Origin: Paraspadella gotoi
Taxonomy: Eukaryota > Animalia > Chaetognatha
Reading direction: 5' to 3'
DNA length: 64,000 bases
Assembly (NCBI GenBank): GCA_051294375.1
Contig: CM119263.1
Span: 13,408,414-13,472,413, forward strand
The notes beneath the pieces are model-generated. The model saw only the letters and a program-made list of their open reading frames with translations, made no database searches and was not told the origin of the DNA. Numbering within the stretch: position 1 is the first letter of the stretch; each line of letters begins with the position of its first letter. Position numbers and translations under genes: made by a program. Positions 40,175 through 57,812 of this stretch are shown piece after piece.

Positions 40175-40966
40175 CAGGCGAGCTTACCTACAACTGGAGG
40201 ATAAGTTACCAATCTTTTTTAAAAGATTGTTTGAGTTTAAAGTAAACTAAAATTTGTTCTCTCTTTTGTAATGTTTTCGAAATAATCTCCCATCTACTTG
40301 CTACATGTCTCCCTTTTTCAAAATCTACAACTTCTAATTCATATAAATATATAGGAATACAGAATACACAAGCTCGCTCACGGGGTTACCTAGTAAAATT
40401 CTCAACATAATCGTTTAAAACATATTATAAGGAAAACGAAATGTTGTTAAAATGCTAACAAAAATCTCAAAATACTAGTAAATGATGCGTTCTTCACTTT
40501 AATAAGGATGAAATGTTTTCAAGCGACATTCCCTTCACATTCTTCTTCATCTCATCTCCTGCGTTTCGTTTCAATTCCTCGCCCCAACTTTCTAGTTCCT
40601 ACTCTCCTCTTCCCCTCTTTCCCGTCGACCGTAGGTGAACGAATGATGTACGATTGAGACTAAATTGGAGGCCATTTAAATCTCCTTTCTCGCCCCGACC
40701 TCGCCTCATCCACGCCACTACATCGCCCCCTTAACTTCCCTTCCTCGCCCCTACACCGATTCCTCAGTTTCTTCGTTCGGCGGGCGAAGAGGTCTTTCCT
40801 CTACTTTCTTTTCTTCTCCATTTCTTCACGTCTTTCCTTTCCCCCTTTCGTCGCGTTCGACCACGCCCCACTTTAACGCCTCTTGGCGTAGATCGACGGA
40901 CGCCGGCGCCATCGCCGCCACGCCATACCTCAATGCAGGCCAGGTAATTGATGAAGTCCGAACGAT

Positions 40967-41080
<114 letters not shown>

Positions 41081-43280
41081 ATGGGCCCACCTGAATAACC
41101 TCTGACCATTTATATCACTTCCTGTGAGCTACTGAGGTTTTGAGAATCATTTCTTCCGCGAAGATTGCGTTGGGAAATCCATTGGCTTTCAAAATTATTT
41201 CGCTTCTGAAATGATGTATATTGTAATTATCATATTATAGAAGCCAAATTTAATATTTTTATTTGTACGATAGCCAGACAATAAACTACCCACTGCTCAG
41301 TACCCATCATCGGGGATTCATGATAGTTTAATTTTTTCGTTGCCAACAATCGCATCATTCCCGCCAAATTCTTTTTCTTCCTAATAAAAATATTTATTCA
41401 TGTAAGACGATTCTAGTTGAACATGGTTTAACCCCTAAAAGAAATCCTATTTTAAGACCAACGAAAAGAAAAGAAAGTTTTCTTCAACGAATTTGAATTT
41501 GAAGGAGAGGGAAAGGGAACCGTCGATCGTCGCGCTTTATGGGCGGCGGCTGCGAGGCGGCGGCGGCGGCTGCGAGGCGGTGGCGGCGGCGAAAGAGTAG
41601 ACGGGGAAGGTGGCGGGAGAGAGCGGCGGAGTTGCGAGCTTTTAAAGCCGAAGCAGGATTTATGTGCGGGAGATTTACTTGATGAGAAATCATGATTGAG
41701 TTACCTGCTCGCGCCTTTGGGAAGGCATTGTATCATTCAAAAGAAGCGAGAAGCAAATCGAGAGGGAGGAAGGGTGCGGGGGGAGGGTGGGAGAGGAAGA
41801 GGGAGAGATGCAGGGGGGAGCGGGAAAAGGAAAGACGAATGGGAAAGAGATTGAGAAGGATAGGAGACTAAAAGAAAGGAAAAACAAAGGGTGAGAGATA
41901 TTGGAGGAAGGAAGTTTTTAGAATAAGATTTGGAAAGAAAAAGGAAAAGAAAAATATAATATTATTGAGAATATTGAACGAAAAATAGACAATATTTTAG
42001 GAGTCTACGTCGTTCTTAGAGATCGAGGAAGACTTTTTCAATGGAGATTTTCGTTCAAATCTGACTACCAAACAATATAAACGCTCCTGGTAAAAATTCT
42101 GGTAAAATATCGATGTAAAAACACTTGATTCCAATCCTGTTGCATCTGAAGGGCTCGCATTTTTTTTCTCTTGTCAAATCATCAACATCTTGATATCAAA
42201 CAAGCCAGAACAAATAGACTGCTTCTGGACGGAAAAATTTTCCATCTCTGATTTTATATAGAAATGAAAGGGATTTTTTTCCTTGAAAACGATATAAACG
42301 TGACTGAGGTATGTTCCTGTTCAACAAATGAGGTCCAATTTTGGAATCCTTTGGCAAAGTGTCTGAAGGGCTCTCAAAATTTTTCTTTACATTTTATTAG
42401 GTTATTTTGATATGATACAATCATGGTAAAGTGAATTAGTCCATTTTGGTGAAATTTTTATTTAAAGTAAAAGTAAAAGAGGAGCTAACGATCGGAATTC
42501 TAAGAGTTTTCAACCGGGAGTCAGATTCGGGAAAAATCTTCTATGGCGAAAATCTTCCAAAGAAGGGGTGAATTTTCCGAAGATTTTGGTTAATATTTTC
42601 TATATTTATAGTCAGATTTTTTTGAAACTTAATATTAACAATATTGCCATCATTCTACCTTGGCCGGTATAAGAATATATTAAAAAAGCCTCGGGCTTTG
42701 TTCGACAGAGCTTAGTCCTAAATATTTACGAATTTTAACGAGTATTTTTTTTACCTAGTTTTAGGAGCCGAAAGAAAGAGGAAACGACAAAAAGGTTGAA
42801 GTACTATCTATCCCCAAGACGAGGGTAATTTCTAGCGAATCGTATCCTATATCTAGAATGACCCAAACTTTGAGCGCTGAGAATTTCGGTTAGATCAGAA
42901 TGTATTTTGACAACAGCAGTAACTCTTGGTTCAACGTCCGCCAGCAAACGCAGCCTTTAGCGTCTCCCTCACACGAGTGACGAATCGCTAACAGCAAAGG
43001 GGAAGATAAATGAAAAAAAAACGACAACAATGTAATATGTATAACTACAAGCCGACAATGATAATTATGACTTTGATGACAATATATTAAAACGAAGACT
43101 TCGACGACTATGACGACCATCAAGCCGACGATGAAGATTTGTTGTACGAGGTCAGCCTTTTCGGTCACTGACCCTGATTCGGAAAGGCCGAACCGAGGAA
43201 AGGCCACTCGGACCACTGACCACGACGAATCAGAACAGAACGAGTTAGAAATTAAGAGTCCGCGCTGAACGAACCGAGAA

Positions 43281-43460
43281 CGACGATAACGACGACAAAG
43301 AATGACGATCATAACGACGATCGAGACGGAAATGTCGACGACGATAACGACGACAAAGAATGACGATCATAACGACGATCGAGACGGAAATGTCGACGAC
43401 GATAACGACGACAAAGAATGACGATCATAACGACGATCGAGACGGGATGTCGACGACGAT
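43281..43460. repeat. 58-bp tandem minisatellite, 3 units (about 3.7 units at 48984-49205)
   Basis: Unit CGACGATAACGACGACAAAGAATGACGATCATAACGACGATCGAGACGGAAATGTCGA starts at 43281, 43339 and 43397. Confidence 0.9.
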
Positions 43461-44150
43461 GACGACGGACCGTCAAAACAAACAGACACGTAACGACCTA
43501 AGTTTTCGTCAACGTGCATGAAGGGGGGGGGGAGGCGCTTGCTTGACGAATGGTCGCGGCGCATGCGCGGTCGACGAGAGTGACGACGACGACGGCGACG
43601 GTTAGGACGACGACGATTCGTAAACAATACAAAGTTACGCTTTTGATTAATCGGCTTCTCGATGAAAGAAAGATGATGTGGCCGTGTCCTTGCCTCCGCG
43701 GCTGATGCTGCCGAGGCTGCGACGAAGGGACAGAAAGCCACGACAGCCTTGGCAGCGTCGGCGACGGCGTAGGCAGCAGCGTCGGCGACGGCGACGGCGG
43801 TGCCCGGGAACCGCCTCGGTCTTCCCCTCATTAATAATCTCTAACAAAAGAACAAATCATAACTTGGTATTGAAAGGAAAGAAATTATTTTCATTTTTCG
43901 CGCCTTTCCCTCTTCCTCACAACCTAATTAAATTTTTTGAATATATTGTTGTTCCCTTATTTCTAAGTTATTTATTTTTTTCTCAATATTTACTAACTTA
44001 ATTTTTTCTCGTTTTCTATTTGTGAATCTTTATTTTTGCAAATTTTTGGCAGAAATTAGCTTTTTTTTTTCAATTCGAAAATTTTTTTTAGGTTTTTTTC
44101 GTAATCGAATTCTTTCGAAATTCGTCGATACAAAAACTCATTAACTCTCA

Positions 44151-44223
<73 letters not shown>

Positions 44224-44515
44224 CTCTCTCTTTTCCTTTCCTCCTGTCAGATTAGCTCCATATTGTCTCAGCCTCTATCTTATCCCTTCACTCTCTTTTC
44301 CTTCTCGCGCTCTCTCTTTTTTTCCTCCGTGAAAGACGCTATCTCCTCAGCTAATTGACACAAGTACAAAAAGCTTATGCAAATCAACCGGGAAAATCAT
44401 CTCCATTTTCTGTGTTTAACAACAGTTTAAGAAAAGAGAGTGAAGGCGCGGGAAAAGAGAAGGCCCAAACCATTTTTCTCTACTGCCGCTTCCGGACGGA
44501 GACTAGCCGCACTCT

Positions 44516-44583
<68 letters not shown>

Positions 44584-45089
44584 CTCTCCGGCTCTTTTTC
44601 TCTTTTTCTCCGTCTTCCTTCGGTCCCACTTCCTTAGTCCTTATCTATTATCCCTCGCCTTGTTTCCTTCTTCTCCTTCTCTTATTGCATACAGTAGTCA
44701 GGCTCATTTGCATATTTCTGCATATTCATGAAGAATCAAAAAATCTTTCCTCCGCTCGCCTCTCTTTGGTGACACCCGGTGATACTTAACCGCGCGCTTT
44801 TGGATAAAAAGAGAGGAAAAGAGAAGAAAAAGAAGGAAAACAATTTTTCCCCAAGAACCTCTCTCTCTCTCTCTCTCTCGTCTCTCTCTCTCTTCTCTCT
44901 CAGAAAGAAAGAAAGTGAAAAAGTCATTAGGTTTTAGTCTTAAGATGGCCTCCCGCTCTCTGTCATCCAATTCGCCGGGTTTTTCTTTGTTTCTCTATTC
45001 AATGGAAATATGGGTGCTTATAAAAAAAAAGAGGGAGAGAAAATAGGAGAGTAAAGAGAAAAAAAAGAATGGGAGCACACTCTGATAGT

Positions 45090-45133
<44 letters not shown>

Positions 45134-45269
45134 ACGACGACGACGACGCCCACGCCGTCGAGCAAAACACCATGAAACTTCATAATTTTATTTAATGAGG
45201 ACGAAGACGTCGGCGCGAATGAAGCTTCTGTTGAATAATATTCTCTCCCTTTTTTTTCCTCTCTCTCTC

Positions 45270-45355
<86 letters not shown>

Positions 45356-47138
45356 AATTCAAAACTGCGTTGTTTTTTTTTTTTCGCCTCAGAAAACAAA
45401 AATCGGACCTTGGCTTGGAACCAAAGTTCGGAGTTTTTTCTTCAGTCGTTTGTTCGTTGAAATGATTTCGAGAGTCTGTCAAAATAATTCGGCAAATTTA
45501 CTACTGTCGATTTTTAACCGTATATTCCATTCGCTTCAAGCTCATTATCTTTTTTTATTTATTGTTGTTTTAAGTTCTCTTGACCCTTTCTCCTTACACT
45601 CCGTTTCTCCACCCCTTTCCTCTTCAATTATCTTTTTCATCCTCAAAACCTCAACCGCAGATTCTCACCCTTACAAAAAAAACAAAAACTTTTCACCTCG
45701 AATCGAATCAATGGAATAAAAAAAGGAGAAGAAAACAAAGGCGTTTAGACAAACGAGGAACCCGGAATATATCCATCTTCTTCGGGTTTCCGCCCAATTA
45801 GGCCAAAAAATTTTTTAAGCCGACGCCGACGAGGTTGATCTTTTGTTCTATGCGTTCAGGTTCTTTTTCTCGAAGCGCTGAATCAAGATGAGTCCTTGTT
45901 TATTTTGCACTTTTTTACTCGCCTAATTAGCCGAAGGCCATAGAGCATTACTGAAAAAAAACCGCCTTCGCTTTGCGATTGTTGTTTTTTTAAACTAACT
46001 AACGTATCTAGAACAACGTGATTTCAAAGTTCCGTTTGAATTCAATTTTTTCCTTCGGACATTCTGCAAGGAAATTTTTTTTTTTTAATTTATTTTCTCT
46101 CGATTTTCTGTCTTCGTTTTTCTTTCTTTTATTTTAATTCTCGGTTTTCCTTTTCTCCTTTTTTTCCTTCGAGAAATAAGATTCTTTTCAAGAAGACGCA
46201 GAAGACTAAAAAGGAAAAAAAAAAGCATAAAAAAGTAGAAAAGAAAAGAAAAAAATTTTTTTTTTCTTAATTTTTCTCTTCTCTCTGATTTTCCATTTAT
46301 CTTCGTTTTCCCAGTCGCTCTTAAAAAAAAAAGAAAAAACGGGGAGGAAATAAGAAATAAAAACTGAGAAAAAAAAAGAAAAGAAAAGCTTTTTTCTCCC
46401 TCATTAACGACCGAGTCGCTCGCGGCCCCTCACCCACCTCGTCACTCACCCCTTTTCCCTCCACGCTATATTCACTCGACCGTACGTACAAAAACCCCAA
46501 CCCCTCGACACGTACCCCTTTTGTTCTCAAAAGATTGAATCGCCTGTTTTATTTTTGTTGTTTGTTAGTCTATCAGTTTTTCTTGCTTTTCATTTTCTGA
46601 CGAGTCTCGCGATGGTTGAGAGCGAAACAGCTTTTTCTAGGAACGCTTGAAAATTCAGCTTAGTCGCAAGTCAGTTCAAAATCAGTGAGCTGACTTAAGA
46701 ACTAGTTTCAAAAAATTGTATACATTTTTTTGAACTAGTTACATGTATCCCTGGGCGCGTCAAAGAGAATCAAATTATATCCTTACAGCACAAAAATCTG
46801 ATAAATCTTTTTGATAAAAAATGTTTAAATATCTTTTTTTTAACTAATGATTTCGTGTATCTTTTTTCTTCTCACCCTCAGTCCGTCCGCGATTTCGCGA
46901 GCCTAACGTCGCCACTCGAAAACTTTTCACCGAAGGCGAGTCGCCTTGGCTTTTCGGAACTCCGCCTCCTCTTAAGCTTTCCGAACCTTACCCTCTCCTC
47001 ACCCCAAGCCCCGTCCTAACTCACCCAACGTTTTCCGGGACGTCCCGTCTCCTCTCCTAATGAGGACGTCCTCAGTCTTTCTGCCTCTTTTTCCGTATTT
47101 ACGTCAGTTACTCATTTGCATATTGGCGAAAAGAGAGG

Positions 47139-47176
<38 letters not shown>

Positions 47177-47946
47177 CATCTCTCCTCTCTCTCTCTCTTC
47201 TCGTCTCTCTCTCTCTCTCTCTCTCTCTCCTCCTCTCTCCTCTGCTTTTTTTTATCTCTCAAGGCGAGAAACGAGATCTCAGATTTCTTCAAACCCCGCT
47301 TTACGTTTCCTCGAGTTTTTTTGTCTTTTCTCTAATTCTTTTTTTCCCCTTTTTTAATCCTTATCTTTCTTTTTTCTTTGTTGTTAATTTTTTCTCTGAA
47401 AGCTAATCCACGCTCTCAGCGTTTTTCTCGCCTCTGTCTTGATTTACAAACAAAATTTAACTCAATTAATTCTTTGTGACGCGTGTTATCAATGTCTTTT
47501 ATATATATTTCTTATACTATTCTTTGTGAATATCAAAAAATTCATACTAATTATTATTTGAACTGTATTGGTTGAGACAGGTTTGTTTTGCTACTCTTGT
47601 TTAGATTTAGGCTATAGATTAGCACTCCCTTTGGACTTCACCACAAATCATATGTGACAACGCCATCTCTGGCGAAAGTCCGTTCTTGTTTTCCGGCCAA
47701 TCTTCGCCGAACGCAGTTCAAAACAGGAATACAATAACAGGGTATTACCAATATGCCGACAGTTTTCACTCATGGGCACTTTGAGAACGCTGTTTGGGAG
47801 AAAACGCCGAACACAAACTCTACATATCTCGTTCTCTCTCTCTCTCTCTCCTCTCTTCTCTCTCCTCTCCCTCATCTCTCATCTCTCTCTCCTTATTCTC
47901 TCTCTCTCTCTGCTCTCTCGTCTCTTCTCTTCTCATCTCTCGTCTC

Positions 47947-47981
<35 letters not shown>

Positions 47982-47989
47982 TCTCTCTC
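43281..47989 (+). repeat. Block D, copy 1 (about 4.7 kb)
   Basis: Colinear with 48984-53816. Ends at (CT)n and a 25-N gap. Confidence 0.95.
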
Positions 47990-48014
47990 NNNNNNNNNNN
48001 NNNNNNNNNNNNNN
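47990..48014. other. Assembly gap, 25 N
   Basis: Counted directly. Confidence 1.
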
Positions 48015-48983
48015 AAAGACGAGACGATCGCTAGCAGAGTATAGGTAGTTCAGAGATGCTGCGTGTGCATGTGCGTTATTGACAACAGCGAGCTTCGCAA
48101 GCTCCCGCTGAGTCTTGCTTCTCAATCCGATATGAGACTCGTCAACGATCGACATACAGCACAAGCCGACCTTTATGAACGTCTCCCACCATCACCGTCG
48201 TTACGACTGAGTGACCGATCTTTCAGGATCCGCTAACCAAATGAGGTATATGAGATAAATTGCTACAATTCATACATCACAGAGACGGGCCAACACTGAA
48301 TCAATGAACGTCGTTCAGTCAACGTCGTCTCCACGCGCGAGCATCCACACACTCCAGCAGGACTCCCCAGCACAACTCGGAGGGAGATGTAATCGATTCC
48401 ACCCATAGACACCCATAATGTATCGAGAGATCTAGAGCCGCGTACAACACTCGACGGAGAGACTGACCCGCACACCTCTTACCCTCACACACCATGCTCC
48501 GAGCCCGAGCCACGATCGAAGGCTCGAGAAACGCACGATTCACTTCATCGAGGACAGATCTATATTGAGTTATTGTTGACTTGCGCCAGGTTTCTAGGAG
48601 CGGTCAACGTATACCGAGGCGTCAACCTGAGCGAAGACCTACCTCCTAGAAAAGATCATCGAAGCGTCCATGCATCCTTGATGAAGCCAGAAAGGCCAAC
48701 TACGTGCACCTCATTCAGAGTCATGCTTAGTTAACATGAGATCAAATCACGATCCTTTTTTTTAAAATACAGAATTGGTTATAATAAACATCTTAAGTTA
48801 GGGCGACGACTAGATAGAGTTTTCAACGGACGCGCCGATTTTAGATTATATAAATTAGTAAATTACCCCGCCACTCGTCCAGAGGACGGCGCCGAGCGCA
48901 CTACCGCTTCACTTTCATGCAACCATCTAGCACCGGAGAAGATATACTCCTGATTACTGTAGCATTAATCTCATACGACAGAA

Positions 48984-53819
<4,836 letters not shown>

Positions 53820-54243
53820 TATACGTTTTTTTGTCGTGCGAGCAAAGACCGAGAACAAGACTGGAAGCAATAATAATTTTTTAATGACATACATACATAA
53901 TATATTATAAACATAAAGAGGACATTTCTAATATTTAGTAAGAAAATTATCGTCTATCAATCTGATATTCCCACGTATTAGCTGGGATTTTGTTTTGGTT
54001 CACTCGTAAAACTGGATCGGATTTCACAAACTCGCGTTGTGCTTTCACGCTGCCGCCGCCGTCGTCGTCGTCGTCCTCAGACTCATATTCGACGCCGTTG
54101 TCGTCGTCGTTGTCGTCGTCGTTATTGTTCTTCCGTTGCCAAGGCCACCGAATCTGCCATCGAAGACATTTCTTTTCGTTTGAGATCAAAAAAGGAAATT
54201 GGAAATCGTATCCCTCTTCCTCCGCCCCGCTCACCGCCCCACC

Positions 54244-54341
54244 CTTTCTAAGCCTCTACCTCGTGGTGCAGGGCCCCATCTCCCTCTTTCTTTCTAAGCC
54301 TCTTCCTCGTGGTGCAGGGCCCCATCTCCCTCTTTCTTTCT
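54244..54341. repeat. 46-bp tandem duplication
   Basis: CTTTCTAAGCCTCTWCCTCGTGGTGCAGGGCCCCATCTCCCTCTTT at 54244 and 54290, one mismatch. Confidence 0.9.
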
Positions 54342-55366
54342 CCCACGCACTCCTTTCTTTCTTTTTACGTTAGCCTATCCCCACTCGGACCCTTCCTTTT
54401 TCATTCCTTACCTATTTCTCCAACGCCCATCCATCTCATTATCCTCTTTTCTTAGTATTATTTCTCTCTTTCCCATATTCTCTTTTTTTTTCTTCTCATA
54501 TTACGATATGTTCTAGTCGCATTTCGATGATATCAATGATACGCTGTGTTTATACATCAAACTAAAGCCATTATGATAAAATTAAATCCGTACCCCCTTT
54601 TTACTCTGTCACAAACACTATAACACTGTGTATCATCCCTTTTCTCTCTCCTCCGACTTTTCATTCTCCTATTTCTTCATCCCCTCTCTCCCTTCTGCCT
54701 CCGCCGTCTCATCTCATCCCTCAGCCTCGCCTCACGCTTCCTCATAACCTTGTTCCCTCGGGTTCCAGTTATAACGTCATGTTTCTCTCGATGGCTGCGG
54801 ATTTCTTCCAGTTAATGGTTGTATACGTGAATATGCACACGCGGCTTCGAAACGGGCGCGCGCGCACACGCGGCGAGACGTGCGCGTGCGCGCGTCGCAC
54901 GTGACCGCGAAACGGACGGACGGATGAAGTTACGCGATGAGGAAGGAGAAGAAGCGACGCTGAGGCGGCGATTCGTGACGATTAGAAATATTTTTGACGT
55001 ATAATTGAGAGGTTTAACTTAATTGGTTTATTTTTTAATTAAATGAAAAACAAAAGAAAACAACACCTACGGCTACTGCATTAGCTTTTGTGTTAAGCTT
55101 AATCGTGGATTTTCGAGTTTAAAATTATATTCGGTTTGAGCTAAGCATTTTTTGCATTATTTCCGCAACGACATTCTTCCCCGAGGACCAATAAAAGTTG
55201 ACTTTCTTGTTTTTGCGTTCTTTCTCCCCCCCCCCGACTTTTTTACGATCATTTTTCCATCGGTTTTCCTCTCCAATCCTCATAATATTTTCTAAAAATA
55301 GAATCAATGCGATGGAATTGTAAAAGTTAATTCTATATTCATTTTAAAAAAGATAAAAGATAAGGT

Positions 55367-55407
<41 letters not shown>

Positions 55408-55986
55408 GAGACAGAGAGAGAGAGAATGATGAGGAGAGAGAGAGAGCAGAGAGAGAGAAGAGAGAGAGAGAAGAGAGAGACCGATTATGGGGGAGGAAGA
55501 GAAAGGAACTCGGAAACATCTTTTCTGCTTCTCGTCTTCAGGAGGAAGTGGAAACGAAGCTCGGGGTCGATAAGGGAGAAGTAAAAGAGGGAGAATGGGG
55601 GGGGAATGTGGGTGGGAATGGGGGGGAATGGGTGGGGCGGTGAAATTTACGAGAGAAAGGTAAGGGAGAGAGACAGAGGAAGTAAAGGAAAGGTAGAAAC
55701 GCGTTGGGTGGAACCCGGGCGTAATAAGTTTAAATCCCACATTGATACGACTATTGCGTAAAAATAATTTATATTTAATGCAATGATTAAAGACAGTAAT
55801 TTATCCTACATATTTTGAATTGTATTATTACGTTTATGAGTTGACATATTGAAGCAGCGGATCATTTTGATAATATGGCATTCTTTTTAAACTGACTCCG
55901 CGAACCGTTTCTCTTCAATCAGCAAAAACAGTAGAGATGTGTCAAAGACAAAGAAAATTTAAAGGAGAATACATTGTCAAATGTAT

Positions 55987-56037
<51 letters not shown>

Positions 56038-56443
56038 CAAAACTTTAATGTTAGTGAAACCGAATATTTGTGATTTCAAATGCTGATGAAGACTCGAAAT
56101 CCAAAGGAGTTGAAACATGTCCATTGATTATTAAAAAACTTTGTTGTAAAAAAACGAAATTTTCGTTATTCTCCTTTAAATTTCACACTAACAACAAAAA
56201 TAATGTTTACTATTTCTGAAATGCAAAATAGTTGTGGTCATTTAATACGTATATGACGCTAAGCGTTTCTCCGATTTTTTTCACTCCTAACCTTTCTTCA
56301 TCCTCATCATCACCACTTGACCCAATTTTTTTCTCTCGCTTCTCCCTCATCCGATGCCACGCCCACTTTTCCGAACGGCGCCACAGTTCCGCCGCGCAGC
56401 GAATATAATTGGCACCATTACCCCAATATCTCTCTCTCTCTGT

Positions 56444-56502
<59 letters not shown>

Positions 56503-56645
56503 TCTCCAAGCTCTCTTTTTTCTAGACAAGTCGACTCGTTTGTGTTGTTTTGATATCACGGTAACTTAATGACGAATCTTTTTTAAAACTTTAAATTATA
56601 AGTTTAATTGTCTCCGTAGTGGAAATATGATATATGGACAGTGTA

Positions 56646-56655
56646 NNNNNNNNNN
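56646..56655. other. Assembly gap, 10 N, flanked by overlapping contig ends
   Basis: 56587-56645 is repeated at 56656-56714 with two substitutions. Confidence 1.
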
Positions 56656-57780
56656 AACTTTAAATTATAAGATTAATTGTCTCCGTAGTGGAAATATAAT
56701 ATATGGACAGTGTAATAGAAGACAATAGAAGACAAGAAGAAGGCAAGCTTATTGAAATGGTATGTATAGATAATTTTTAACATATCGTACATATACTTAA
56801 ACCGTTCATAAAGACTACCTTCGTTTCACAGTCCACCGTAATAAAATAATGAGGTTTCGTAATACTAAATCGTATGCTTTTCCAAAAACAACATTTAACT
56901 TTCTTTGTTACTATCTCCCTTTTCCTCATCCACCTTTTCGTTCCTCCTTTCATCTTCCTCCATTTTTTTTTCACTTTTCCTTGTTTATCTCTTTTTTGGA
57001 ATTTTTTGTCTAATCCCTTTTTTTCTCCTGCGCACGTCGTCGTCCACACCGTCGTCGTGGTCGTCATCGTCGTCTCCCCTCGTAGCCGTCGTCGTCGTCA
57101 TCGTCGTCGCCTTTGAAGTCTTTGTCCCGAAATTCAACAAAAGATGAAATGGTGGGAGGAGAGGGAGACGAGACGAAGCGAAAGGGAGAGAGAGTGTGAG
57201 AGAGAGAGGGTTTGGTTAGAACGAATGAATTTTAAAAAAAGGGGAAGCGTCGAAAAGATACGAGCGCGTCAAGACAGAACGGATAGAGATAGAGAGGAGA
57301 AAAAAAGAAGAGGTGAACGAAATGAGGTGTTTGGATGTGATAAATAATTTGATCGTCGTTTCGTGATTTCGTCTTCAGCGTTTCTATTTACATTTACATT
57401 TCTCGGTCGCATTCGAATCAATTCTATTCGTATTATATTTTTTTATTTATCTTTCATATTTTTTCTCCCTTTTTCTTTTCTTTACTTCTTCAAATTATTT
57501 TCTTTTTTCCTTTTTTCTCCTTCCTTTTTCTTCTTCCTTTCCTTCTCCTTCACGGTTCGAATTCGGGTGACGTTTCGCCGAAATTCCCCAATTTATCATC
57601 GCGTGAAATCGTCGTGAAAAAAACCCCTCCTCCCGTCCAACGGTAATAATAATGGATGAAGTTAAAAGCGCGGGAAAAACGCGCGCGCGGCCGCGGGACC
57701 GGAAACACGTACGCGCGTTCCAGGACAACGTCGCCGCCGTGGACGCGGCGCTGAGAGAGTAGAGAGAGGAGAGAGGGGAG

Positions 57781-57812
<32 letters not shown>

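Noticed and set aside
43281-43460. Regular direct repeats as a possible CRISPR array
   Set aside because: The units are contiguous with no unique spacers, there are no cas genes, and the context is eukaryotic.
43367-43831. Minus-strand Ala-rich ORF (TAVAVADAAAYAVADAAKAVVAF...)
   Set aside because: It derives from GCN/GGC-type short repeats, the frame diverges between the two copies after PINQK, and there is no domain or splice support.
57554-57564. GGTTCGAATTC B-box-like motif (tRNA or SINE)
   Set aside because: No upstream A-box or cloverleaf stems; the flanking sequence is a pyrimidine tract.
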